This document shows, in pieces, positions 31,690-45,059 of a DNA stretch of 64,000 bases; the first letter of the stretch is position 1, and each line of letters begins with the position of its first letter. Origin of the DNA: Nemertoderma westbladi (lineage: Eukaryota > Animalia > Xenacoelomorpha); contig JAUCBJ010001096.1 of assembly GCA_032718475.1 (NCBI GenBank), positions 35,871-99,870 on the forward strand, written 5' to 3'. A program made the position numbers and the translations under genes. The notes under the pieces are model-generated. The model saw nothing but the letters and a program-made list of their open reading frames with translations, was not told where the DNA came from and did no database searches.

Positions 31690-32080
31690 CTGTCAGATTC
31701 TCTGTAAAAACTAAAAAAGCAAATCATCAACCTGAAATTTTGGCAATGGGGTTTTCTTGTTCGGTTATTTCATTTCTGATATCGGTTTTTATGTTTGACG
31801 CAATCAAAACTGTCCGTTTGTCACTGTCTGTTTGTCTGTAGAAAAGTAAGAAAGCATATCAAATCATCAACCTGAAATTTTGGCAATGGGGGTTTTCTTG
31901 TTCGGTTATTTCATTTCTGATATCGGTTTTTACGTTTGACGCAATCTACACTGTCGGTTTGTCAGTCTTTCTGTCTGTTTGTCTGTCAAAGAGTAAGAAG
32001 CATAACATCAACCTGAAATTATGGCAATGGGGGTTTTCTTGGTCGGTGAGTTCATTTCTGAAGTCACTTTTTACGTTCAA
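31690..32080. repeat. About 140-bp tandem repeat, three copies; probably from a DNA transposon
   Basis: atcaacctgaaatt.tggcaatggggtttt.. recurs at about 31726, 31866 and 32007. Confidence 0.75.
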
Positions 32081-33663
32081 CGACATCTTATCCCACTGTT
32101 TTATGAGTATTTTGGTTAGTCCCTCATAACAGCTATCATTGAAATCTGAACTATCCTCGGGCTCTGATTCACTGACATCCTCAGATTCATCCGATTCACT
32201 TGCGTACTCATAGTACGTGGGTGGAGCTCTAAAACTCTCCTTTTAGATTACAGTAAGTAACGGATACATTACAACACAACTATCTACCTTTGTAATCTGA
32301 TATTTTAATCTAACTACCATACCGGTATGGTAAGAGTCATCTGCTGGTCAGGTGCAGTAAACAGGTACTGATGTCTAAAATGATGTCCATTGATCATTAG
32401 GGCACAGAAACTAACGGATTCTTCTCGAATTTCACAAACGTCGCAAACATCGGTAATTTTTTCTACAATGTTGACTCCTTAAACAGAAGGGTCCCAAATG
32501 ATATTTTTAACCTTTATTTTTTGTTGTGTTTTTAGAGTGCTTTTTTATATTGATGAATGTTCTAGAACCTTAGTAGATATTTTTTGTGGTAGCTAGTTTT
32601 TTTTTGATTAGCTAGTATTTAAAAAAAATAAATAATTGAAGTTTAATATTCAATTTTAGTCTATATTATTAAAGTATATATTAATAATAATAATAATGCA
32701 GATATGTAATATAGCGCCCATTCTAAAGTTAAGTTCTAGTTAAGTTAAGTTGTAAACCGTATGCTCTATTAAACAGTAGAGTTTTCAGGTCGCGTTTGAA
32801 TTGGTTGAGATTGATGCATATTGTTTTTAGCATAAGTGAAAGATCGGTGAAGTCAGTTTGGAGCGGACAGTTTCCAAATTACAAGTTGGAACTTTGAAGA
32901 TCCAAATTAATTCTGTTCGGGTAACATTATAGTTGGGAACCAATAAATCTAGAGATACAGTAGGTCGGGGCCTGATTGTTATATATTTCCATGTTAATAA
33001 AGCTATCTTGTATTCAATCCTTTATCCTATTATTGGGAGCCAGGGTAATTCCTTTAAGGCAAATGTTACATGAGCTTATATATTAACTCTCTTTGTAGCA
33101 AAACCACGATAGATAGAAACTTGGGATATGAGTCATAACTGAGCCCATGGTGGTGAATTAGAAAAACCATTTATCATGGCAACCAGACAAATTTTCAAAT
33201 ATATAAAATAATAATTTGAAGAAGAATGTTACTGTTTTATGACGTGAGACCAACCCCTAACCCCATTACATCACATATTTTGCATCCGAATCATGTTGTT
33301 GCATTGCTCAGTTTCTATGACAACACTGAAAACTGACGTTTTGATACAAAAATCGTTAATTTCATACGCAATATTAATTGCGTAATGTAAATTACGCAAT
33401 AGTTTTCTGAAGCGCAGTATGTGTCATCTGAACTGACAACAATCTGGAAATTTTTTTAAAAGCTTAAAAATAAACAGTTCCAGAATACTATAGTTTCCAT
33501 GGCAATATGAGTTAAATAAGGCAAATAGGCTTACCTACCTATGCTAAGCAACAAACTAATGAGTCAAAGTTTGTATAATTTTCCTTAGCTTCGTGGTTGC
33601 ATTTCCGTTTTGAAATTACTTTCTAGTATTATGATATGATGTTAATTATTTAATATATTTATA

Positions 33664-34525
33664 ATGAAATTATATATAATTACATTACTAACTCTAACTG
33701 ATGTTATTTTGGGGTTCATCATGTATAATGGATATAAACTAGTCGAACCAGATGGAACTAAATTTACTAGAGAATGTTTACGGAAAGAAGAAAGAAATAG
33801 TATTAGAGTAAAAGTTGATTTTCTTATTAATCAACAAAGTGAATTAACTATTTCCGATGTATTAGATTTAATGGTTATTGCTAAGGATGGTAAAGGTAAA
33901 AACATAGAAGTGCGGAATGGAGTCAACGCCAATAGAGATGTTTGTAACAATGGAGCCAATGTTATCAGTTGTGATGGATGGACTACAACAGAATATATAA
34001 GTGGCAGAACAGTTGGGTCTACAGGAAATATAACTGTTGGGTTGAATCCTCCTGTTATTGAATCTATACCGGAGGTATTTGAGATCAGAATATTTTTTTG
34101 GACAAATGCAACCGCAAGGGAAAAACTTAAAGACAACCCAGCCATATCCGATCAGACAGCTTTCCCACTTATAATAACTCTTCCACCACAATGTAAAGCT
34201 GATAGTGATCCAGAGTGTCGCTGCGATGTACCGAGTTGTACTTATATAGAAGGCAGTTCAGCTACATTAAACTGTAAGTTATCGGATTGGGTACCGGTAC
34301 CGGTAGCTGGAAGTACATCAGGAGATTCTAGATGGAGTTGGTATAGTAACGGAGGTGCTATTGGTGGAGTCGTAACTATTGGTGGAGTCGTAACTGAACC
34401 AGAAGATACACTGAGTATAAATAGAGATCTAAGTCGTGGAGATAATGGGGCAGAGTTTATATGTAAGGCGATGAATAGAGCTATAGAAGAGGATAAATCC
34501 TGTACCACTACGATCGTAGTTCAAT
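33664..34525 (+). CDS. First coding exon of a secreted or cell-surface protein: signal peptide, Cys-containing N-terminal region, C2-set Ig domain
   Basis: Hydrophobic N-terminus MKLYIITLLTLTDVILG. Ig motifs EGSSATLNC…WSWY…TLSI..LSRGDNGAEFICKAMN…TIVVQ. Phase-1 donor T|GTAAGT at 34526. Confidence 0.85.
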
Positions 34526-35824
34526 GTAAGTTTGAGATATCCACTAAAGGTTATATTATGTTACAATATGTTTAGTTACATACGATCGGTGTCAGTGAAC
34601 TTGAGACTGTAGACTTGGGTTTCTGAGACGACTGGAGGCATTCTGAGGAAGCCAAACCGGTAAATGACATAAAGTGACTACACAAGGCTTAGTATAAATC
34701 GATGAGGTTGCCAAGATTATTGTACTTAGTACACCCATACTGTTTGTTTAGGCCCTAGGACACTCTGTCAAAGCAAATATTAACTGGTTGGTTTAGTTAG
34801 AAATCTATTATCGCCTCAGCTGAATTACTCTTCCCAATGCATTCTATGAGAATATCTCACTCTGCTAATGTAAGCTGAATGACTTTAAGTACAGTGTGTT
34901 GGCTACATTAATGCCAACATTATTGCAAAATGTTTTATTGTTGGATTACTCTCTGTCAGTCTCCCCTTCAGAACATTGTATAGGGAATTTACTTTAGTTT
35001 ACTCTACTGTGCCATTCAGCTGAATGGATTTGAGCGATTGCCAAGTTACAGAGTTGGATCATTCTCTGACCATAGGCAAAGACATCAAATCTTTTTAAAA
35101 ATATACTTTTTCCATGTTTTTTTTTCTGACCAAAAATTTCAAAAAAAAATTTTTCGTAGCCAGTACTGCCAATCGATTCGCCATCAAAAATAACGCAAAA
35201 AATTTTTTTTGCAAAATTTTAAATTACTGTAAATTTTTGGCGACTGGGGGGGGGGTCAATTTTTTTCGATCCGCTATAACTCCGGAACGCTTTGTCCAAA
35301 TTCGATGGGGTTTTTATTTTTCAACTTAATTCGATGTCCTCTTTCAGTCTATCCATGTTTCGAAACCCCAAACAGCGCCGTTCAAAATTTAATTTTTTCT
35401 AGTTCTAGAATTTTACAAATTTCAAAAAAGTTGCAGTATTTTATTAACGCCTTTACGGAATTCGATAGCGTTTTCGATTTTTATATTAAACGCAATATCC
35501 TGAATCTCACTAGCCTAGTTTCGCGTCACCAACGCCAAGACTTCATACTTTTTGAGGAAAATTTTTCTAGAATAATTTTTTTTAATTACATTTATCGCGA
35601 TTTCTTATTACTGGTTTCACATGAATTGATGGAGTTTTCAATTGATTAACTAAACACGATATCGCGCATCGCACCAGCGTGGTTTCGAAATTCCAAAACG
35701 AGGTCTTCACTAGTTGCAGGTCGATTTTGTTCTAGAATTGAGCAACTAATAATAGATCGAATTTATTAATAATTATTGTATGAAATATGATTGTATTTTT
35801 ACATAATTATTAGTTCTATACTCG

Positions 35825-36118
35825 CCCTTCGAGCAGCAAGTGAGTTAATCAAATATTAGACACAATGTTTGACTTTGTCCCTTCGAGCAGCACGTGAGTT
35901 TGGCTTTGACCCATCGAGCAGCACGTGAGTTACATCAAATAATAGACACACTGTTTGACTTTGTCCCTTCGAGCAGCACGTGAGTTTTGCTTTGACCCTT
36001 GATATATGATGTTGCGTCCTTCGAGCAGCACGTGAGTTACATCAAATAATAGACACACTGTTTGACTTCGTCCCTTCGAGCAGCACGTGGGTTTGGCTTT
36101 GACCCTTCCAGCAGCGTG
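35825..36118. repeat. Dispersed tandem units with core CTTCGAGCAGCACGTGAGTT
   Basis: About 7 copies of the core with variable spacers. Confidence 0.75.
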
Positions 36119-36119
36119 T

Positions 36120-36955
36120 GTCAATCGAGCCGAATCATACCGATCGAGCCGAATAGAACCAATCGAGGCGATCAAGCCGAGACGAGCCAATCGAGCCGAG
36201 TTAGCCGAATGGAACCGAGTTGAGCCCAATCAAGCCGAGCGATCCAAACTGAGCCGAGACAAGCCCAATCGAGTTGAGTCGAGCCCAATAGAGCCGAGTC
36301 GAACCCAATCAATCCTAGTCGAGCCCAATTGAGCCGGACCGAGCCAAGTCGAGCCCAATCGAGCCATACTGTGCCAAGTTGAGCCAAATCAAGCCGAGTC
36401 AAGCCCAAATCAATCCAAACCGAGCCGAGTCGAGTGGATTGAGCCGAGTCGAGCTGAACCGAGCCGAGTCAAACCCAATCGAGCCGATTGAGCCGAATCG
36501 AGCTGAGTCGACTCAGATCGAGCCGAGCCGAACCCAATCGAACCATGTCACGCCAAATTGAGCCGGACTGAGTCGAGTCGAGACCAATCAAGCCGAGTCG
36601 AGCCGAGTCGAGCCGGACGGAGCCGAGTTGAGCCTAATCGAATCGAGTCGAGCCCAATAGAGCCGAGTCGAGCCCAATCAAGCCTAGTCGCGCCCAATTG
36701 AGCCGGACCGAGCCCAGTCGAGCTAGACTGAGCCAAGTTGAGCCAAATCGAGCCGAATCAAGACCAATCAAGCCCAATCGAGCTGAGTCGAGACCAATCG
36801 AGCCGAGTCGAGCCCAATTGAGCCAAGTCGAGCCAGACCGAACCGAGTCGAACCCAATCAAGCCGATTGAGACGAATCGAGCTGAGTCGAGTCGAGCCCA
36901 ATCAAGCTGAGTCGAGCCCAATCGAGCCAAACCGAGCCCATCAAGCCAAGTCGAA
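36120..36955. repeat. Degenerate 5/10-bp microsatellite (GAGCC/GAGTC/CAATC)
   Basis: Visible pentamer periodicity. Confidence 0.9.
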
Positions 36956-37689
36956 TGTATCAGGTTATACACTGTGGCATTCAAAATGTTTTATAGGTGA
37001 ACGGCATTTAGAATGAATGAAATGTATAGAGATGGCCTAGTAATGCTATTCAATAGAGGAATGGCCAACTAATTACATCTGAACTCAACTCGAGTGAGAG
37101 TAGCTCGCATTGTTTCTACAGGACAAACAAACCTTGTCTGTCATAGACAGAGTGTAAGGCATAGAACAATTACACCATCTGGTTTGGCAAGTAAATTCCT
37201 TTGTCCTACCTACCGCGTACCTCAGCATTAGTTGAATGGAGAACTTTCCACACCATCAGGTGTCTCAATTAAAATACATTGCGTCTAATTGTTTTATTTA
37301 TAAATCTTTTGGCCAACAGTAATACTGTAGAGACTATTTTTATAAAAGTGTATATTTAATCAGCCACATAATATGATTTTCCATAGGCTAACATTATAGT
37401 TTGAAATGTAAAAATCAATGCTTAATATATGTATCAGGTTACACACTGTGGCATTAAAAATGTTTTATAGTTGATTGGCATTTAGCGGCTTCCCTTCAGA
37501 GTCATAGGCAAACATTGTTGAGGAAATTTACTTTAGTTTACTCTACTGTGTCATTCAGGTAAATGGATTTGAGTAATTGCCAAGATACAGAGTAGAATCT
37601 CTCTCTGACCATAGGTAAATAACACATTCCTTCAGACCATAGTCAAACATTGTTGATGGAAATTACATTTGATTGATGACTTCCGACTT

Positions 37690-38095
37690 GCTTCTAGTAA
37701 AAAGTCGGTTCCTCATCGGGCTGCTAGGCCCATCACAAGTTTATATTGTATCTTTATGGATTACGCCAATAGATAGATATTTTACGATCTAAGGTTTCAA
37801 GGTTGGATGTTAATCGCATTTATCAGTGCTATTTATATATCTATCATAAATTTCATTTACATTGCTGTTGATGTGTGTATTACTGGATCCTATAACTGGG
37901 ATAGTAGGAGTTATCGAGGGAGGTAAATTAGGCACCCTATTATACAGCCTGTTCATTGCTAATTGTAATCAGTATGGGTCTCTTACTAGGACTATGGTTG
38001 ATGACCTGGTTATCTATGGTGGGGGGACGTCAGTGCAACTTTTTGTCATAGATCAGTTAACTCTTATAGCGATACCAACTGCCTTAATGTAAACT
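37690..38095 (+). mobile_element. Highly degraded LINE RT fragment (intronic)
   Basis: IFMDYA…GVIEGGKLGTLLYSLFI…VDDLVIY resembles D..KA / GVPQG.LGP.LF / FADD. Confidence 0.5.
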
Positions 38096-38179
38096 TAAAA
38101 GCAATGAAATTCCACTGTGGTGGATGACTACTAACTACTATATTCACCAAATTATCATTTACACAAATTAATTTTATAG

Positions 38180-38836
38180 ATGATTGTGAATACAAGTCAT
38201 GGTGGCCTTTAAACTATGATGATCGTGGTGATGAAAAACTAGGTAAATTCAATGGGATATTGCATGGAGCTGTAAAATATGGTCCAGGACCAGGGGGGAT
38301 TGAAGATCAAGCAATGGGATTTCATCATGGCTATGTGTCAATTGGCCATGGGAGTGATGAATTAACCTCGGAGACATTTACAATGTTGATGTTTGTTAAG
38401 AGGAGTGGAGGAGGAACTGGACCAATATATGAATTTGGTTCGAGTTCATCAATTGGTTCACATTTCTGGAGTCATGGTGCAATCACTTCCTTGTGGTACT
38501 ATTCCATGATTACTGGTGTTGCAGGACAAGAAGTTACCAGTGCTGTTGTTCTAGATGAATGGCATATGGTTGCTATCGGAAGAAGTGAGGTGAATAGGCA
38601 ACAATTCATTTACAGCCGACGTCTAGGTACTGATGTCCAACTCAGAAGGGAGGTTGAAACAGTGAACACTGAAAGATGTCCTGTAGATTTGTCATGTGAT
38701 CTTAATTTAGGTAAACGTCTTCAAAATGGACATGCATATCCCGGATATATTGCTCATGCTCGATATTACAACTGCTACCTATCAGAGGAAGATCTTCAGG
38801 AGACTTTTCATCAGTTGTCCCATTATGGAAGAAAAG
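38180..38836 (+). CDS. Exon encoding a LamG/pentraxin-like (concanavalin A-fold) domain, copy 1
   Basis: Acceptor ttttatAG ends at 38179 and donor G|GTTAGT starts at 38837; phase 1-1 and in frame with the preceding exon. Motifs: WWPLN…FTMLMFVK…DEWHMVAI…LNLGK…YPGYIAHARYYN.YLSEEDL. Confidence 0.85.
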
Positions 38837-39339
38837 GTTAGTTTCGTTTATTTATTATTATTATTGTTATGTCCTTACATTATTATAAACAAAATTTCGC
38901 ACAGCATAGGTATATAAAGATTTGAACAAGATTTAGAGAAGTTTTTTTCCCTAGTTTCTGCCCACAATAATATACTGGTGCAATAAATATTAACAAAAAA
39001 ATACTATTATAATATTAATATAGTAATATGGAAGAATTCTGGATTAACCTAGCATGTCTACTCAGACTCATGCTAACATTATATTATTCAAAACCAAAGA
39101 TTTCAGAATTCCCTGCCCAGGTTTTGATGAATTCATTGTAGATATTAGTATTATCTCTCCTACTTTCCCGTATCACATAGTGCATAGCTCTGATTTAGAA
39201 ATTGCATTTTTATCTAATTTATCCAGTTCTAGAATTCCGCATAAATTATCAACGCATTTAAATACAATTCACAAAACAACTACAATTCAATTCACAAAAT
39301 ACATACTAATTAGGAAGATTATTATTTGAAGCGGTGAAC

Positions 39340-40320
39340 AAATGGTGATAATAGGGTTGGAGCGCATAAAAGAAAATCGGCCGTGATTGAAATGGTGATG
39401 AGAGCGAGACCTTCATGCTGTTGGTGTAGCAGGAGAACACACCCTGTAATTGTGGGCAGCAGTGAGTCTTGCCATGGTGGTGGATGATACTGTTGCTTTG
39501 GGGTTTGGGAAAGAGTCGCCTGTGTAGAGATTCGTCAGCCTTGATTAAAATGGTAAATGCGTCATTATCATCCTTCCAAATTGGCAAGGAATCCTTCTCA
39601 GTCTCAAGGACGTACTTGGGCACTGGTGATTGTAAGATGAAACACCATGGGTCTTGGTTATTGCCTGTGAGTTATCACTTCGATAACAGTGATATTTATT
39701 GCTCACCAAAATATGATAGGTTGCCCAACAAACGCCCTGACGAGGGCCGGGATGTCTTTGGTGACCTACTTGCCTCTATGGTGGGACCTTCACAGGTCGA
39801 GCGTGAAGTGACCCTTGCATGATCACTTGGACAGTGCCATCATCAAAGTTGGTGTCGTCTGGGCCAACTTGGTAGCACACAGGGTTTAGACATCTCAATG
39901 AGTGGCATAGCTTGATGTTGTATTTATAAATGTTGACGCTACCTCATATGCACAAGCCAACCGATCCACCTAGTCATTGCTTGACAGGCGCTACCACTAC
40001 AAGAAGAGGCAGTACCGCACCGTCTGAGAGGTTAGAAGGATGTCCTTCATTCCCGTAGTTGGGACCGTCGATTGGGGTCTGGTGCTGCGAGGCCCCGAGC
40101 TTCATGAAGCACATTGCAGAGGCCCTTGTTGCAGAGCACAAAGTGATGTGAGAGAAAGGCCTCGCTTGTGTGCTAGATGAAGTGAGGTGGCATCTACAAT
40201 TCGCATTCCTCCGGACGAGTTCCCTCTGTCTCCGTGCCGGCAGGCGTTTGTGGCACTCACTTAGTCTTTGAGACGGAGTGGGGGCTGTGTGGGTGGGACC
40301 TGACAGCGCACTACTGACTT
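39340..40320 (+). mobile_element. Degraded RLE-type (CRE-like) retroposon fragment, related to 26165-26986
   Basis: GSWL.PV..HFD; RPDEGRDVFGDL…GPSQVEREV; FINVDATSY; KKRQY; LQFAFLR.SSLCLR. These align motif by motif with ORF 26228-26764. Confidence 0.7.
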
Positions 40321-41605
40321 GTATCTAAAGTACAAGCATGGGAAATATTAGAAATTTTTGAACCACGTCAGAGCTTTTGTCTAACATATAGTATAGTTTC
40401 TAATACCGAAGCTGCACCTTAAAAAAAAGATAAATTATTACTGACTAACAAACCAGTATAAATTTCATTAAAAATGATAGATATAATCACTAATGATTCA
40501 GAGTTTGTACAAGTTAAGTTATCCCACTTATTACATCATAGAATGTATTACTAATTGTAGTAGGTCTACTATGAAAAAGTTTTACTTCAATGTTTGGTAT
40601 AAAATATTAAACAAAAGTAGATTATCCAATAAATAGGATGAAAACTTATGGGTGTTTTTTATAACTTTTCGCAGTAAGGACGGACCGAGGTATGTGTGTA
40701 TACCACTAGTTCAATTCCCGGTGACGTGTTTTCAATCTTTCAACAAAAAATTTTAAATTAAAATATAATTTATTACAGTTGCATTATCAACTCAACTCCA
40801 ATTCTTTTAAATAATCGGTTTAGTCCCACAGTTTACAATTTACAGGGTTGGACTGTCGCACACCTGAAATCTAATTTTTATCATTAACCTTATTGGCATA
40901 TCAAAATGTGGGAAATTGAAATATAAAAAGTAATTCTGGGGCCACAATAAATTGGCCTTTAACCTAATTGTGCATATCCTCTGGTTTTTTAGTCCTCACT
41001 GGTAGTATTGCAGCAGCATATAGTTTAACTGTTAAAGGTTAACTGATCATGGATCCACAACCTCCAGGGGACAAAATCGAGTGCAGTAAAGCCCTGTTGC
41101 AATCGCCAGGCACTAGACCAACACTGAGAAAATTTTTTATTCACAGGTGGACTGGACTGGGACTCCATGAAAAGCTTCGAGAAGTTGAAATAGTCATGGG
41201 ACAGAGGAGTCTGATAGTCGTTGTATAGGCCTAATTTAGACACATTAGTATCAAACAGTTGATGAATCAAATAATTAGGCAGTTACAGAATGTGACATGA
41301 TCCTAACTACAAAAAAACACAAAAATTATGTTTTAATGCAACAAAATAAGAAACCTCAAGCCGGAAATAATAAATAGGAGAAAAAATTGAACAACACTAC
41401 TCCCATAATAAAGAATCGGTTTTTATCACTGAAAAAGGAATGGATAGTTGGGGGTGATATGCTACATTCTTTGAGGAGTTTAAATTGCATTGAACATGCG
41501 CGATAAAGGAATCTCAAAGCCACATGGAAGGATTGTGGCGGATTCACAGGCCCCTGGCAGTAGTCTCAACTTATGGGCAGTTACATAAAAAAATTTCTAA
41601 AAAAA

Positions 41606-41822
41606 TGTACTGTACTTTGATTGCTCTGTGGATGGCTCCCAGTGTGTGTCCAAATGGCCGGTACACTCACCTCACTGGATTCCATCAACAAAGGGAGGGA
41701 AAACTAGGAGGGTGGGAATCCCACCCTCCCAGAGCCTCCACCACAAGGGGAGTGAATCTCACACCTGGTTGCGGTACTCTTCCATGTGAGAGGCGAGTTT
41801 TCTCACCAGCGCAATAGAGAGT
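41606..41822 (-). mobile_element. Possible tRNA-derived SINE
   Basis: GC-rich island of about 215 bp. On the minus strand it has a head with weak A/B-box-like motifs and a short (GTACA)n tail followed by an A-run. Confidence 0.35.
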
Positions 41823-43074
41823 TCATCTTTGGTTCCATTTCATCCATGATTGACCGACTTATTAGTGTTCAAACATTCTAGCCACAAACAGTACCATAAA
41901 ATTCTTCAACATGAACTTTATGGAAGATTCGAATTAACAAATGCCATATAGGATATCTTCTTTTGTAAATAATGGATGAAATTATATATCTAACTTATGG
42001 CAACTAATTGAGGAATTGCAAACGAAATTCCAGAGTTCCAGAATTCCTCTAGATGAGTTGGCCAAATATGGAGATAAAAGTCATATAAATAAAAAACCAC
42101 CTTCATTGGAACTAACTGTTACTTACTGGTGATAGTGCTAAATAATGCTGGAGCATTAAATCCAGGAAGATCGCACTAAAGAGATTGGTCCCCATTCTCA
42201 AAGATCAGTTGTGTTTTCTAATTAACCATATTGAAATGTATATTAATCAGTCCCTGGCCATTAAGGAGCTAAAGATCCAACCTTTCTAATACATTGGCAT
42301 ACGTACTGGAATCAAACAATTTCACCAATTTCACTTCATCATTCAGAAAGTGTTGCATTTTTTACACCGACAACAATGAAAAAAAAGTCTAAAGTTTAAT
42401 TGTCTTGTTTAGGGATAAAAGATGAGTTGGTGCGGGAGTGAATGAAGACCCTTATTATATACTGCCGAGACAATATGTAGTACAGAATGAGCTGAAGAAC
42501 AGAAAAAATGAAATTATGAATTTTCTATGAATTTATTCTCTGTGAGGATGATATTTATCTCAAATATCATGACTAACACCACCAATGTGTTACGATGATG
42601 CTTCAACCATGATACTAAAAAATAATCCAGTATCAATCCAGTGATGTCTATAGGATTTGAAGACACACAGAAGTTGATCACGTGGGATTTAATGACTTCA
42701 TAGATTGGTAGTTCCCTCTTCTCAAATCACTTCGTTGTAATTAACTGACTGATTGTGACTCAACTCTGTGTTTGACTATATAATAGTTTAAATTAATTCA
42801 CCTGAAGTACAGTGATAACAATATTATTATAAAAACGGAATAATTACTTATTTTAATTGTTAATTAATGTTTGATTACAGTAATAAAACTAAACTACAAT
42901 ATTCTTTCTTTTAAACAATTCTAGATAATATTGTAAATAAATAACTACACACAAATGTAAAAAGTATATTATAGTATATAAAAACAATGATTTAATAATA
43001 TCTAATATTATCTAATAATGATTTGTGTTGAAGTTTAATCATAGAAGTTTATATAATTGTATTTAATATTTTAG

Positions 43075-43728
43075 ATAAATGCAATTATGACTCATGGTGG
43101 ACACTGGATGAAAATGAACGTGGCGATGATAAACTAGGGAAGAATGATGGAGGAATCCATGGAGCTATTAGATATGTACCTGGTCCAGGAGGGATTGAAA
43201 ACCAGGCCATTGATGTCAGACATGGGTATGTCTCTATTAATCATGGGTCTGGTGAATTAACCTCAGAAACGTTTACAATGTTAATGTTTGTAAAAAGGGG
43301 TGGAGGAGGAACTGGACCAATATATGAATTTGGTTCGAGTTCATCAATTGGTTCACGTTTATGGAGTTATCGTGCGATCACCTCCTTGTGGTACGATCCT
43401 GGTGTTACTGGTGTTGCAACACAAGAAGTTACCAGTGCTGTTGTTCTAGATGAATGGCATATGGTTGCTATTGGAAGAAGTCAAGACAATCGGCAGCAGT
43501 TTATTTACAGTCGTCGTGTTGGAAGTGATTTCCATATCAGAAGGGAGGTTGAAACGGTGAACACTGAAATATGTCCTGTAGATATGGCCAGTGATCTTAA
43601 TTTGGGGAAACGTCTTCAAGGTGGACATGCATATCCTGGATATATTGCCCATGCACGGTATTATAGCTGCTACTTATCAGTAGAAGAATTGGAAGCAACT
43701 TATGATGAACTGCATTCTTTAAAAAAAA
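43075..43728 (+). CDS. Exon encoding a LamG/pentraxin-like domain, copy 2
   Basis: Acceptor attttAG ends at 43074 and donor A|GTAAGT starts at 43729; phase 1-1 and open. Clear paralog of 38180-38836. Confidence 0.85.
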
Positions 43729-45059
43729 GTAAGTTAATTGAATATTGTTTCTGCTATTTAAAATAATTATATTTGTAACTGAAAGAAGTCTTAACATTTG
43801 TTCAACTATCTTCAACTTTTTTAAATTTGTTATGTGGTCAATGTGTTCTTATTTGTTACTGAATGGACTCACCATAGTATACACTTTGTTTTATTTCTTT
43901 TACGAAACTTCTCTTTTAATTTTTATATTACCATTTAGAAAATTAAGACGTACCTAATAACATAATTAAAAAATTAGGTTGATACTGATACACAATTTGG
44001 AGACTTTAGATCCCAATTAAATAGATAATCAACCCGAATACTTTCACCTGTTTTCTACCCAACAAACAAACTAATACATATAATTGAATTAACTTCGCGC
44101 TGTTACGCTCATCTCTGTTGTGCCTTCGGGGTTGCAGATCTGCCTCGAAACGCCCAGTAGAGTGTTCTGTGCCCAACATATCCATCCATCTGGCAAACGT
44201 AGACACAGAACCGTAGTTGTGATCGTGGTGGGTAATGCTACTGCACTACTTTTAAAAATCCCTCCATTTGTTTCTTTCCTATAATTACAGTCAGCTGGTG
44301 ATGGGTTTTTTATGATATTTGTAAGATGTGTTTTTAACTTTGAAAGGTTTTTTTATACTTTAAGTTAATAAAATGAGTAAATGGGTAAAAAAAAATACTT
44401 ATAATTGAAGGAAAAAGAGAAGAATACAAAAAAGATGGCCTTCACTTTAGTTATAATTATATAATCATTTTCTATTATTATTTCTATTTACACCTATAAT
44501 TTACTCATATTTTGTAAACATTAAGCTGCCATTACCATAATACATTTCTTTTCGTTATATTACATTACTTTTTGACTAGCTATTTTTTAAAAGCATTTTT
44601 TAACCTTTGCCCTGTTATAACCTTTGACTCTTTGTAAAAAAAGTAAAAAAAGTAAAAAAAGGTGAATCGTTTGTATAATGTCATTAACAATGGAACAAAC
44701 AGAACTACTATACTCTACTATGACTATCAATATTAAACGTGTTATTTAAAAATATGGAATGAAATAATAATAATAAAGAAATTACCTAGTCCATTTCATA
44801 ATACTTGAGGTAAAAATACTTGCAAATCAAAAAAAATATTGCAACTCATTATTTTACGAGTGTATACCATTCTATACTATTGTTTATGCAGACACTTGTG
44901 ACATGTGTGCGACGATGTGGATACCATCCATCCTTGAGATTTTGCAGGGGCGGCGCATTTCCAGGGGAAACTGGCCTTCAAGGCAGCAGGCAGCCGTCCG
45001 GGTATCAGTATGATACAAACTTCAGGTCTTTAAAATACCTGAGTATTTGAAGCTCATTT

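Noticed and set aside
34291-34306. GTACCGGTACCGGTAG in the Ig exon matching the hexamer satellite
   Set aside because: Too short to show a relationship; it encodes an ordinary VPVPV stretch.
35080-35800. ORFs 35114 and 35305 as exons
   Set aside because: No recognisable domain. The sequence looks like an AT-rich DNA-transposon remnant, but I could not define its termini.
40665-40730. tRNA gene (B-box-like GTTCAATTCC)
   Set aside because: No convincing cloverleaf can be built; at most a SINE or tRNA remnant.
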